Shown here in pieces: positions 12,401 to 25,700 of a stretch of DNA of 64,000 nt. The notes under the pieces are model-generated. The model saw only the letters and a list, made by a program, of their open reading frames with translations, was not told where the DNA came from and searched no databases. This DNA is from Sphaerodactylus townsendi. Taxonomy: Eukaryota. Positions within the stretch are counted from its first letter, which is position 1; each line of letters starts with the position of its first letter. The stretch covers positions 156,178,001 through 156,242,000 of the forward strand of contig NC_059427.1 of NCBI RefSeq assembly GCF_021028975.2. Direction: 5' to 3'. The position numbers and the translations under genes were made by a program.

Positions 12401-13731
12401 GTAATTTCCCTCCCCATCCGGCTGGATTACAACCTATAATGCGGCTTCAGACAGACACACACACCCGCGCTTAGACAGAGAAAACGCGAGCATTCTCCCT
12501 TCTTCCTTCCCCAGTGAAGAATCCTGAAACATAAAAGGGAAAGTTAACTGCCATGGGGAAGAGAAAGGATATATGGGTGCAATCCGGCCCTATTGTCATC
12601 TAGTGGAGTTCAGGTAAAGTCGGACAGATATCTTTGGACAAAGGATGGCTTTCTTTTCTAGCCCCGCCACTCGGATTCTCCCAAGGTTATGACTTAGTTC
12701 TGTGGGTGTCTCTGAAGTTAGCAGTGTCAACACGTCCAGCATGTACAGACATAATATGTTTGTCTGTCTTTCTACTTGTCATTTTTCTGTTTATGTCTGC
12801 CACGGTTTCCTCTGAGTTATAACTTTTCAGAGAGGAGGGAATCCCTGAGATTTCTTGGGTATCACAGGGTTCCACCTAACACTGCTTATCCCCCCCTAGC
12901 TCGAAAACATATTTCTAGCCATTTCAGTAGTAGGACTAGTAGAACTACTAGTAATAGTAATAGTAACAGTAATAGTAATATGCTGGAGACCTGAGTATGA
13001 GTGAACAGCCAGCTCTGAAACTATGTCTAGATATGGAGGTCTAAATAATGCTGGTCTAAATAATGATTTGCATGGCTATGTATTAATTCGGAATCAAGCT
13101 GATTTTGATACCGGTCACTTGGACAGGGCCCTTGCTGAATCCGAAGGGCGTTTGCTCGGTCAGTCTTTGGTTACAGTTGTTCTTCTGGGTTATTTCAAAC
13201 TCCGATCTATGTCCCAGTATAGCCGAAATGCTTGGTGTGAACCTGAGGGGGTCCCATTGAACTGGAGTTGGGGGTTTTGGAGGGTATTTCCTCTTTCGGT
13301 GTACACGATCTCTTCCAGCCTCTGGATTCCAGAAAGTGAAAGTGTAATAGCTGATGAAATGAGCATGACAGTGTTTGGAACGTGTGAAAACTCACCTTCC
13401 CAGGAAGGGTTCTCATATTGGGAAAAGGTCCATTTGGAGTTGAACTCAGGTTTGGGAGAGGCCTTCTCCGGAGACGGTGTTTATAATGAATTCTGTTGTG
13501 TACTGAAGAAAGGTGTTGGGTATATCATCTTTGTGGCTATATAACCACCCAGTCATAATTGGGCACATTCCCTTTCGTCTCTCTTTGTTTCTTTGGTTTG
13601 GATCCCTCCCCTCATTGGTTTGCTCAATTAAAATATGTGATGGGGGGGGGCGTTGGACTTGTGTGTTTGCCCCGGAATAAGTGAACAAGAGTCCAAAATG
13701 GAAACCATAAACACATTAGCGACAACAAGGC

Positions 13732-13760
13732 GAGACAGAGCGAGAGAGAGCGAGCGAGCG

Positions 13761-13792
<32 letters not shown>
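13732..13792. repeat. (GA)n/(GAGC)n microsatellite
   Basis: Directly visible. Confidence 0.9.
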
Positions 13793-13795
<3 letters not shown>

Positions 13796-14154
13796 CATTG
13801 CATGACTGGCGCTCCCCCCTCCTCCCTCCCCCAGCATATTAGCCTGTTTGGAAAGAAATGAACAAATAGGCTTAAAAACCAGTTCCGCCTCTTCTGATCT
13901 GGCCAAATGTATCCGGTATTCATGTCTTTTAATGAGGGGGAAATGCGGGTGACAAAAGGAAGCCTTGGAAAGCGAAGTGTGCATGTGTGCGTTTATGTGT
14001 GTTTGTACACACCCAGCAACACACACACACCCCTTCACACACATGTAGCTATAAGAGAAAGGAGAATTCTATAAACATGGCGACAGAGAAGAGCGTTTGC
14101 GCTCGTCACACACCCACAGCCGGGGAAAAAAATGCAACGCATTCTTGGTTGTTT

Positions 14155-14265
14155 GCAGAAAATTTACAGCTGAGCAATAAAAGTTTACGACTGAATCACA
14201 AGTTGGATTGGCCACAGGAAGTCATGTGGACTCCATCCATGAACGTGAACTTTTTATTGTGGTTT
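14155..14265 (+). promoter_or_regulatory. Conserved distal promoter between HOXC8 and HOXC6 (shared HOXC6/C5/C4 promoter; H8/7-6 four-cluster-type element)
   Basis: CAATAAAA 14175-14182, TTTACGAC 14184-14191, inverted CCAAT (ATTGG 14207-14211), E-box-like GTCATGTG 14221-14228, then TGAACGTGAACTTTTTATTGTGGTTT. TTATTGTGGTTT is how I recall the human shared HOXC upstream exon starting. Confidence 0.7.
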
Positions 14266-14868
14266 CTCTTATGACTCTTTCGCAGTACTCTTTTCTTTAA
14301 CAGTCCAAGCAGTGCCAGTGAATCGGGGGTACGATGGTATCTGTATTTTTTTTCTCCTTTGATTATTATTAGTATTTTTGCGGAGGGGCGGGGGAAGGGA
14401 GGGGTTGGTCTCGGTTCTTTTTTTATCCCCCTTTCCTTTCCTCGGGGTTGGAATTGTTGGTTGCTCTGGGCATTTTAGCAATAATGAGTTTACTGCTGCG
14501 GCTGGTTCGCCTCCCTCCTCCTCTCATTCGCCACCCCTGGGGGCAAAAACGCACCACATTTCCTTGGGAGAATGCGATGGCGAGGGGAAGAAGGAGTTGT
14601 AAATACCTTTAAAAAATTTTTAAGGGAAAAGATAGACATCCCCTAGACATAACCTCATGTTTTTTAAAAAAAAATCCCAAGGACTGCTTTACGTTTGGGT
14701 TTATTTTTATTTTTCCCCTTTTGTCGTTGTCGTTTCTCTCTTCTTCTTTTTTTTTAATATTTCTGTGGAGCTGAACGCAGCGTCAGCGGAACAGAAAAGA
14801 GGCAGAAAAGGAAAGAGAGAGAGACAGAAAGAGGGAGAGAGAGAGAGACAGAAAGAGGGAGAGTTCTG
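14254..14868 (+). other. Putative shared non-coding first exon of long HOXC6/HOXC5/HOXC4 transcripts
   Basis: Starts at the distal promoter. Ends with TGTGGAGCTGA...CAGCGG...ACAGAA and a GA-rich tract, similar to the human exon as recalled, followed by a consensus donor CTG|GTAAGT at 14868/14869. Confidence 0.6.
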
Positions 14869-15956
14869 GTAAGTGTTCCCTTATTGGCTAAAATGTGTAA
14901 CTAATGATCCATGGCGCTGGGTGTTAAAGATAATGATGCATCGTTTTCGCGAGGCAAAGGAGAAGAGGGATGTTTGCCTGCTTATGATAGAATATGATCA
15001 GGCAAGATCGGCGCAAATGTGGTTAATTCGAGGGGCGGGGGGGGCGCGGGTTTGCTGCTGGCGGTGATGTCACTGCGGTCTGGTTTGCTGGAGAGCGGAG
15101 GAAGTCGACTGCAGTCTGCCTCCCCTGTACAATGGTGCAGTGTTTATTGGAGTGGGGAGGGCTGGAGAGGAAGGGGGGAGGCGGAGGAGAAGGCGCCCGC
15201 GGTAGTACAGTCCACCGGTTAAAGCCAAGGAGAGTGGCCGGGTCGAGCATAAGATTGGGCAAAGGTCATTGAGTCCGAAATATATGTTATATATATAGAA
15301 AAAGGCTTTTTTTATTAAAAAAATAAACAATGGCAACTTTTCATAAGAGTGCATTGGGTGCTTCTGGCACATGCGCAGTGCGGAGCCTCATCTTGGAAAC
15401 GGCGCCCCCCCTCCGGTGTGCAGCCAACAAGCAGGCGAGAGGGAGGGCCATCTTTAATGAGCAATTATGGGCCGGCTCTGTTTGTTGTGGATCGGGAGGT
15501 GCCTTGGCTTTTCTATTCCCCCACCCCGGAGTCTCCTCTCAGTTGTCTCTGCTGGAAGCCTGCCGTCCTAGACTTGAATTTTAAGGTTTTCTTGGAGAAG
15601 CCTGTCCTCTCCATTTTGGCTTGTTTCCCTTTGCCCGGTGCTGTGTCAGACTCGCCCTAATTCCCGCCCCCCCCTAGGGTTTTTTTGTTTTTTGTTTTTT
15701 GTTTTTTGTTTTGCGAAAAGGTGGTGTCCCAAAGAACCCTCATGACGCCTGGCTTTCAGGATCTCTCCATTCCACCGGCTACTTCTGCTTTAACCTCTTA
15801 CCCAACCGAATGTGCTTTGCAGAATGCTGGGTTTTCAGTGGGTTTTCTCCCTTCCAACATTTGACAAGTTTGAGTGTTTTGCTCACTTTCTGTTTTGTTC
15901 CCTGAAAACAGTTTTGGCGAATTGATTCAGAATGTTCCTTCGGTGTTTTAGTAGAG

Positions 15957-15957
15957 T

Positions 15958-16045
<88 letters not shown>

Positions 16046-16047
16046 TC
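15957..16047. repeat. (TTTC)n microsatellite
   Basis: Directly visible. Confidence 0.95.
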
Positions 16048-16726
16048 CCCCAATATATTAATCTATTAATAACCTCGGGCTGATCAAAGGAAAGAGGGTT
16101 TTTTTAAAAAATGTCTTGTCCTGTCTAGACTGTTTTGGCGTGGGTTCTCTCCACCAACGTTGCTCAGGGCAACCTTCCAATAATTACGAAATAATCGAAA
16201 CACAACAATAACAAAACGAAGGCTGAGACAATCGCACTTCTGTCAAAAAATAAAGGATTGGGGGGGAGGGGAACAAAGACCGAGGTTCCTTCCTGAATTA
16301 TTACAAATGGCTTCCCCTTGCCAATATTAATACAATATGCGGAAATGCAAATCTTTAGAACTGCACCCTGTTTGTCTCTCATTTTAAGGGCCTTCAACTC
16401 GATTCCTTAATGAAATATTTAACACATTCCGCATCCAGGTTTATAAAGGCCTCGCTGCTATTAAATTTGCCACTGAGGATAAGGGGTGCGGGGCTTTTCG
16501 AAGGGTTGCGCTTCTCTAATTGGATTGCTCCGTGGGTTGCAATGAATGACTACTGTTTATTTAAAAACAAAGCAAAACGGCAAAAGTCAGCGGTCGTTAT
16601 CCTTCGGGTGGGTGTTCAGATATCTGATCCAATGCTTCCTGGTGGTGCCTGCCATTTTCTTCTTGGAGGAAACAACAGCACCAGGCAACCTCCTTGGGTT
16701 TCTGTAAATAAGAGATGCACAAACAC

Positions 16727-16782
16727 TACAAATGGTAAGTGCTCCGTGTATATATACAAATGGTAAGTGCTCCGTGTATATA
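16727..16782. repeat. 28-bp direct tandem duplication
   Basis: TACAAATGGTAAGTGCTCCGTGTATATA twice, followed by a (TA)-rich run and a gap. Confidence 0.85.
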
Positions 16783-19700
16783 TATATGTATATATATATA
16801 AATATATATATATAAATATATATAAATATATATAAATATGTGGTTTAAAGACGGNNNNNNNNNNNNNNNNNNNNNNNNNNNNNNNNNNNNNNNNNNNNNN
16901 NNNNNNNNNNNNNNNNNNNNNNNNNNNNNNNNNNNNNNNNNNNNNNNNNNNNNNNNNNNNNNNNNNNNNNNNNNNNNNNNNNNNNNNNNNNNNNNNNNNG
17001 AACCGACTATGAGATGGTTTTGTTTCTGAGGATCGGATTTCTGGGTCGTGACGTATGCCTGGTCGCCTGGCCTCTGCGAGCTACACGTTTACGTGCTAGT
17101 AAATTGTTTGGGGCTGCAGTTCTTGAACATTAAAATGGCTGTGTCTGCTCAGGTCCATGGGCAGGACCTGCTTTCTCTGTTTGGCACCGGGTGACGGGTA
17201 AAGTCTTGGGGTGCCAAATCAGGGCGCCTCTAGATATGTGCGGTGCTGATGGTCTGATGAGGGTCGCGGGGAAGAATTTTTTACGAGTCGACAGTGATGC
17301 TGTGAACCACAGAGTTGCCGAAAGGGTCTTTTTCCTGGTCACCTCTCGGTTGTTTCCCTCGCTGGTATGTCGAGCTAGCTTTGCTCTGGTGAATGACTCT
17401 CAGTCACTCGCGTTTCTCACTTACAAAAAACCCCCCCTGATTTGGCGTGTCTGTTTCCTCTGCCCTGCCCCAACAATCGCCTCTCTCTTCAGGGCTGAGG
17501 ATCGCCCATACAAAACGCATTTTAACCTATTGATTTTCTCCTTAAACTGACATATTGCCGTCGTTCGTACAGTCAAAGCATTTGGGTGGGTAGAGGAAAA
17601 ACAGGCAGCCACGTCCTGATTTGTATGCCAGCCGTGCCCGAAGTAAATAGGTAGGCTTCCTTTATTCACATCGTCGCTATAAGACCAGGGGGTCGTAGCG
17701 AAAAGGCCCAAGTATTATTGACAGACACGCTGGGCGAAGAGGAGAATCCATGGTTTGCGACCCAGATTCGCCCCTGTCGCTGCCGCTGAAGTTTTGGCCT
17801 CAAAACCAGCGTTTGATCCCCAAGTAGCGCCACAAACCCTGCAGTAAAGGCGGACACTGAAAAAAACCCACACATTTGACTTGGCAGCGAGCAATCATAT
17901 CCGTTTATTAAGATGAGTGCCATTAAATTGAAGGCAGCAAAACCATTCGTGCAGAAGGGTCGTTAGAATGATCGCAATACCCACAATACTCCTAGCAATA
18001 CACCGATTTTTCATTTCACCGAGGGTATCCGAGGCTTGGAGGGAATAGGGTATAATTAACCAAAGTTTTTAAAAGCGTGGTAATGGATGCACTCCTTGAA
18101 ATCATGTGATATCCCTGTTTCATTCCCCGGTGTGGAGAAAAGGGGGGGGGGAGAGCGATGGGAAACATGTGCATGGAAGAAGGGGGGAAATAATTACAGT
18201 TTCCTGCATCGGTGGTCGAACCTGGAGCAATTAGAAGAGCAAGTTTGCTGGGGGGGAAAATAGAGTTTGATTGCAAAGCGACAGTAGCAGCCGACATCAA
18301 AAACATGCCTTGAATTATTGCTGGGGTAGGGGCGATATTGACACCAATTTTCAGTGTGGTTTTGGCTCGGATACCTCTTTAGAACTGCTGTTCTGTTTGC
18401 GCAGTGAGGACTTCCGGTTTCTTAACGTGAGTGGTCGGTTTCACCTAGTTATGGGCTGCTTTGAACCCCTGTCTAGAATTTCGGAAATTGGATTGTGTGT
18501 GCGTGTGTGGGGGAATGGTTCCCTCCCAATGTAAAGACATTGGAGGCTGGTGGATTTCAGTGGGAGACGATTGAAGCACGTGCTTAGATCTCCGGTTTAA
18601 ACCAAGGGGTGTCCGGTTGTTGGATCGTGCCCCTAAATATTCTTAATGGGCAGGTTTATTGTTTAAAAAAATACCCAGACAAAACAGAGCTTCGGTGAAC
18701 ATCTGGATTTTAAAAGACTAGTCACTGGGGTGAGTGTATTTTAAAAAGAAATTGAGAAGAGGACCTGCATGATTTAAGGAATTGTGTCTGGGAGGTAATG
18801 AAAAATGTTTGCAAATGTTATCTATCAAACAGAAGTCCAGGGGCACCTTTGATTCCAGCAGGAGCCTTTCTCAGTCAAAGTTCTCCAAATTTCATGGTGG
18901 GAAAGAATAGAAGAAGGCAGAAGGTCCCAAACTGAGGCATGGTGGTGTCCCTGGACTTCTGCTCTATTATGCTGCAATTGGCTAGCACGACTTCCCCTCT
19001 GCAATCTGATTTTTCTGTCCTCAAAAGCGACTGGCTACATTTCCGCCTTCCCCCGTCTTTGCGCCTTTTTTTGGGAGCCGCCTAGGCATGGGAGAGTCCG
19101 CAGAGAAATTGGCTTGAGCTTTGGGGGCCTCTCCGGATTTTGAAACCACCCCTGCATGGCATCCGATGACTTGGCTGGGCGGAAATACGTCGATATGGAA
19201 AGGGCCATCTTGAATTCTTATGGCAGACTGTCTAGAAATGTATCTGCTACTGGGAGCTTCGTGCGCTCCACCCTTTCCCCATGTCTGTATTTATTAATCA
19301 GGGGAGAACGGGGCTGAAATATATGAAGGTGGCTGTTCCGGGTATTGGTGTGGATAGCCAGTTGCAAAATCACGTCTCAGGACCCAATCTTTTTGGGCTC
19401 TTCTAGTTCACCAGTCTGAGGTTCAGGAATTGGGAATGCGTCCCTGCCTAGTGCTGGGTATACAATCTGAAATGGCCCTCTAACAAACCAACGAAACACG
19501 AGCTGTCTACCTCTAGGAACATCCATTGGATTCAAAAGCTATAGGACTAAGGAGCTGATTTGTGACACTTACCTATGATCTTGGCAGGAGCTTTGGGACA
19601 GACCCTAGCTCATTTTCCCAGGCCATTAACCGAATGTAATAAATACGTCGTCTAAGCCTGGGCAGAGTTACTCCAGTCGAAGCCAACTGAAAGCAAAGGC

Positions 19701-22700
19701 TAGAGGAACTCTGTTCGGGACTGCTTGGACAGAGCCGCCAGTTTCTCGGTCTGGAGAGGCTTTTCTATCGTTCCAGCCCTTGCAAAGTTGTCAGCAAAGT
19801 TCGCTGGCATGGAGTCAAAGGTTTTTGGTCTGTGATTCAATTGAAAAAAAGCAATGGAACAGATTCAGGCCGGACTTTGCAAAAGTTGACCTGTTTCACT
19901 CTGTCGCCTTGGACTGACGCGGATTATTAGGCACATCCCCCTTCCCGATTTGTACCATCGTACAGGCTGGCAGGACACACAACTCCCCGACCCACCCCCA
20001 ACCCCCAAACCCTTTAGATTGCATTTTATAGACAGTGGAAATTTGGAGAAAAAAACCCCCCAATCTTTCTGTTTCCCCCTTTAATTTCTCTCTTTTGTTG
20101 TTTACTTGTTTTGTATACTGCCACCAAGTGACTGAAACTTGGCAGGCCAACACTTCCCCAGTTTGGTTGTGTGCCCCCCCCCGCCCCCGCTTTCTGTTGG
20201 AGAATGAGGGTGGGTGGAAGAAAGGGGTGGCGGGGAGAGAAAGAGCAAGTCGAAAATAACGTTGTTTCAGTCGGGGAGAGAAAAGACTGGTCTGCCATAA
20301 AGGCCGGAATCAAGCAGACTTTTACTACTTTTAAAGCTGGGCCCCCTGCCCGCTGTTCCTTTTGCCATCACATATATAGCCCCCTATTAAGGTGCTGGTC
20401 GAAGACTCGAACCTTTACGAAGTTTGGTCTCCCAAAGCTATTTGGCAGTCTGAGATGGGAACTATTCAGTGGCACTCTCTTTTTCTGGCTTCCCTTCCCC
20501 ACTTCACACACCTTGTTGTTGTTTGAGAAATTCCTCCCCCCCCCCCCCCACCACGAGGCAATGTCTTTCATAGTTTCCAGCGTGGATGCATTCATAAAAA
20601 CAGAAAAAGACACCTGGGCTCAAAATCGCCACTCCTGTCCCACTCCTGGATGGGGAAGATGAGTAAGTTGAAGCAGAGCCCCAAATATTAAATCCTGGCT
20701 CAGTTAAAGGCGTTGCAAATTTGTCTGCGTTTTCCAAAGTGGGGAAAAAACGCCTCTCCAAATATATGGCTTAATTCTTTCTAAGCGATCACTTCTTATA
20801 AAAACACACATCATTAAGGCAAATAATATTGCGTCTTCGCTTATTGACTTATTGTTTCTTCTCCTCCTCTCCCTCTCTCTCCTGGCGTCCCAAGATTAAT
20901 TTTTCCCTCTCCCCCACCCCCATGTGCAAACAATAAAATAAAATAAGAACTCATAGATAATGACAACCATTTCTCATTGTTGAATTATTCTTCCTGAACG
21001 TATTAAAATCGTATTCTTCTTTGTTTAATCTGTTCACGGGCATAAGTAGTTCCTTATATCCATATTTTATATTGCTCTATAATATCACGCTTTATAATTT
21101 TTAAGCCGGTAGCTATTCTCCATGACAATTCGGTGTGACGTCATGACCGCAACTCTCTTGAATGTCAAAAGGAAAGAGGGAAATGATTGCAGAGAACATT
21201 TCCGTGCCATAAAACGGAGTAATCCAAGCCAACCATAAAGTTCTCGAAACTGAACATCCTTTGGTGAAGTTTGCTGTGCTATTGGGCTATAATAGACATT
21301 CCACAGGAGCTAGCAAAAAACCCTCTCCCCAAAACACAACTCCCCAGTGGATCAAAGCAACCAATAATATCGTTGGCCCTTGTACTGTCAGACCCTGAAC
21401 ATTCCAAATCGCAAGGAATATTTTTAAAAAGAAAAGAAAATAAGAATAAGCAGAAAACGACTAAATATTTATAGGGAGGCAAATCAGTTTTCACGTTAAC
21501 TAGATATAGACACATTCACAATTCTTTAGGGCGATAAGAAGCTTTAATCTTTTTTTAAAAAAAACAATTAGGACAGATTAAAAGCAGAAGGTATGTTTGT
21601 CAACAATAGTGGCAGTTACTTGTGAAGATCCTCCTGGAAGTCCGGAAGGTTTCGAATCTTGGGGGTGAGGAGGAAGCAAGAGATCTGAAATGAGAAACAA
21701 GAAGGAGAAGAGAGGAGAAATAAATACACAAACCAACAAACGGGAAATGTACAAACGGGGCACGCATGTGCAAGGCACGAATGGTTTAGGCGTCAGCAAG
21801 TTAGGGAATCAGGAAAGCGGGAAGGAGAGATCTACACAAACACTTAGGGACCTTAGGAAAAGAACTTGAATCCTTACTGATCTACCAGCCAGGAGGCAAT
21901 TGATTGGAAAGGGTATTAAACGCCACAATGGTTTTGCCATTCACAGACGTGTGTTTTGACCGTTTCCAGAACCCCCCATCTCCCCTTTCCTTTCCCAAAC
22001 CGTGTCCAATGGTTGGGGCATGGTGTTGTTGCCAAACTAGAAAAAAACAACAACACAGGCTGGTTCTCCCACCCCACTCCTGCACACTCTTTCCTCCACT
22101 CTCGAATTGCCCCACTAGGTACTCCTGGGAGTCCAGCAATGTTCTATGTCAAAACTGGGAACCTTTACTTTTGGAAGGAAACTTAGCATGGCAGGGTAGG
22201 GTTGATGGCAGGGATAGCAAGAAACTACCTGAAAGTTAGAATCTACAGCAGTTTCTCATAAAGCTATAGCAAGGAACCTCAAATCAACCAGGGCTCTACG
22301 TTGCCATAAACACCATCGTACATTTTTTGACTGTTTCTCCGTCCAGCAAAGGCTAGTTAGAAAGTTACAGGCCGAACCTTGGAAACGGAGTTTTTTCGAC
22401 ACAGAAAAATCTTCCTGGATTATTACTAATTCTTAATGTGTGTCTCTTTGTCAACAGAAGTGGTTTGTGGGGCTTCTCAACTTTCCTGCTCTGGAGGTTG
22501 TTGTTTTTTGTCAACACATTGAAATCCATTTGCAGCCAGGTTGAGTTAATAAAGGTGGGGGGGGGGACCCCAAACTCTGCTGGAAACCGGTAATCCGCAT
22601 GATGAAAATAACCGAGATGTAATGACTGTAATAGAAGGGCTGGATCATAACATCGCAAACAGATCCGTCAGGCACCATTGGCTGGTGGCGTTTCTGAGTA

Positions 22701-25700
22701 TTCTGAGTTGGCTTCTCCCACCCCCACCACCCCAGTTATTTACGGGCAGAAGCATCATTTGATTAAGAAGGTTGTTCTGTAGGAGCAGGGATAACTCGAG
22801 TGCAAGCGCTCTAAATAAATAATTACAAGGCAAGGAGCTCCTGCCTGTAATAAATGTCAAGTCTAAAAAGGCCGAGATAACATATATAAGGTGAGATCAG
22901 CTCCAACGAGGTATGCAGCGAAAGGTACCACGTGTATTTACATAGGACACTCAGAAAATAGCCTGGTTTTCTCCTGTGAAGACAATGACCTCACTCAAGA
23001 CTTATTTGCTATCCGGTTTTCTCTGAAAACATTGCTCTTTCTGTGGTTTTGTGCATCAAAACAAATCCCCCCCTTTTTTACAGGGGGAGGAAACAATCTC
23101 TTTTTAGATAAATTTAGATCAACTTATGCATTCCATTATATTAACACATTCAGCTTATTATACATAGGTACACATCAATGCGTCCACTCGCAAATTTGCC
23201 TTTTCACTCATGGTATACTCATTGGTACCTCTCCGTACTGGCTAAAAATTCAGAGGGAAAACACGAGCAACATACGATAAACAGGGCATGTGTGTGTCAA
23301 TAGGGAAAGTTCAAATCAATCTATCCATGAATAATAAACCAGTACAGTCCAGAGTGCAAGCTAACCCAACACATGAACAGCAAACAAATGCTTTTGACCC
23401 AGGGCAATTTTAGATGTATATTTAAAGCCAACCAGACACAACCTGCATTTATGAATAAGCAGTTTTCTACACCTAGGCAACAGACTGGGCAAGAAATCAT
23501 GAAGTTTTGTGTTGGCTACGCTTGTGTTAGCTATCTCAGCTGCTCGCTGTCTCATTAACAGCCCCCCTCCCCAACTCCTCTCTTTAGAAACAAACAAACG
23601 TCTGCGGTCCAAATTTTTATAGCAAAATCAAAATCGGACAGCATCTTGCTGAAGGGAGCTACCAGGCTGGAGAGAGAGAGAGAGAGAATGTGTGTGTGTG
23701 TTTCAAGGATTGCTCTTTCTCCCTTTTAGCAATTACTGGGATAGAAAACACATGTGTTGACTGTGCATTTTGAAGCTTTTCTTTAAATCAGTTCATCAAT
23801 TTGCTAATTACAACAGAGAGAGGAAGAGAGAGGGGGGAGGGAGGAAGAGAGAGAGAGAGAAAGCATGAATTCTAAAGAGACGTATTTTTTAACTCCTTTA
23901 CATCAGTGTGGGGTAAAATCGGGGTAAAAACAAAAACGGGAAAGCAGCTTATGAGACAGAGGATGTTATTGCAGCTTTCTGAGGGCTTTTTAACTCCAGG
24001 GGGCAGCGAGAGGGGGAGAGAGACCCGGCTGCTATTAAAGATCTACTCGAGGACTTGGGCATATTTTCGCTGCTGTGTAGCAGTTTTAATAAAACATCTG
24101 TTCTTGCTTCTGCTGATGAGTTTACATAATTGTTTGCAGACCAATTTAATGAGAAAGAGTCCTACACATTTCCCTATACATTATTTTCAGAGAGGGGGGA
24201 AAGGCGAGGAAGAGAGTTCCTTGCACCCATATTCTCCAGATCTTAACACTATCTTCTCCCCCCCCCCCCCAAGGAAATATATAAAGTGTACATTAGCTAA
24301 GAATACTTGGGGGAAGAATGTAATTACCCTGTTTCTGTCCAGTATGGTCTTGCCCTCTTCTTTTCCCACCGAACCAAACGTTAAGAGCACGACATTCCAT
24401 TGCTGAATGTCTTTGCCCCAGCTGTTTCTCCTCCCTATAATTCCGCCAGACTTCTAGATATTCTCTTCTGTTTAGAAAAGTAATAAAACACTTCGCTTTC
24501 TCCACTCCGAGTCACTTGGTAGTTAAACAGGGTCTCTCCGAAACAGGACCTGTGCAGACTCTCCAGACCCTTCGTCCTAAACCTTAAATCCCTGAGATTA
24601 AGATTGTTATGTTTTAAAAAGTCTCCAAAACTAGAGAATCTCCCCCCCCCCCACAGTGCCTCCACCACACACAAAAAAGCCAGGAGTCCTTTTAATTAAT
24701 ACATTGCTAATTTTCATCGCAGGGTTCTGTGGTTGTTATTGGTCACTGCCCAGTCTACATACAAGCAAGCACTCAGGTATATAGGAAAGGAGATTTTTCA
24801 ATAGCAAGACAACTCAAACGTTCATTAAGGAAGGAAGATGTGCGCATGAGGAGAGCGCCCAGCTCTCCCAGTTTGGGTTGACTGGGTCTAGAAACCTTCC
24901 AGCATTTTAAAGCCTTCCAATTAATGTCATTGGTTTTCAGAGCAATTCCGACTAAAACGGATTCCATTGTATTCACGACTTCCTATGTCCCTCTGTTTGT
25001 CTGTTGACCTACCGTCTCCGTGTACACATGCCTATACGTAAAGGCACAGTGGGTGTATTGTTATGTATATCTTTCTGACTGGGGAGGGGTGGGGGTTACC
25101 TTATGGTGCCTCCCCCCCACCCCCACCCCCCGCCCTCTGGAAAGTAAGGGTGTGTGTGAGTATAGGTTCCCTGTCAGTAATGCTGTGTATAGCTGAAAAA
25201 AGGAAGAAACGATAACAAATCAACCAGAAGCCCCAAAGTCTGCTTACTGGGGAATGGGCGCCCTGTGTTCCAGCCTTCAGTGTGTACAAGTTTGAATGAC
25301 AGCTGCTGCCGGATGGCAGACATGACTATTCAAGTGGGGCTTGAGCTTCATAACAATCCACATTTTCTTGCAGTCTTTTCATATGTCCTCATTTGCTTTT
25401 TTAAAAGGTGGGAAACTTTATTTTTTCTCTCTCCCTACTAACACTCAAGCAACGCTTAATGTTGTACACGATGAATCCTTGAGACCTTTTTTTGTCAGCT
25501 GTAGTCTCGTTTATGGTTTTATGACTACCATTGATTGCTTTGTTGCACAGAGGAAAAAGATCATAAAATCCTCTGGCATCCGGGTTTCTGTTAAAGCAGG
25601 GCTTGGGGGTGGGGGCGAAGTGGGGGATGTACTCCCCTTCATTCCCAACTAAAATCTGCTGGGGACGCTTCCCCTCATAGAGGAATCTGAAAAGTATTGA

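Noticed and set aside
13023-13544. 173-aa ATG-initiated ORF between HOXC8 and HOXC6
   Set aside because: No homeodomain, hexapeptide or other recognisable domain. About one ORF of this length is expected by chance in six frames of 64 kb. BLASTP and codon-conservation analysis would settle it.
16727-16782. Duplicated splice donor (ATG|GTAAGT twice) as an alternative exon end
   Set aside because: It is an exact duplication next to a (TA)n run and an assembly gap, so it may be an artefact. There is no exon evidence.
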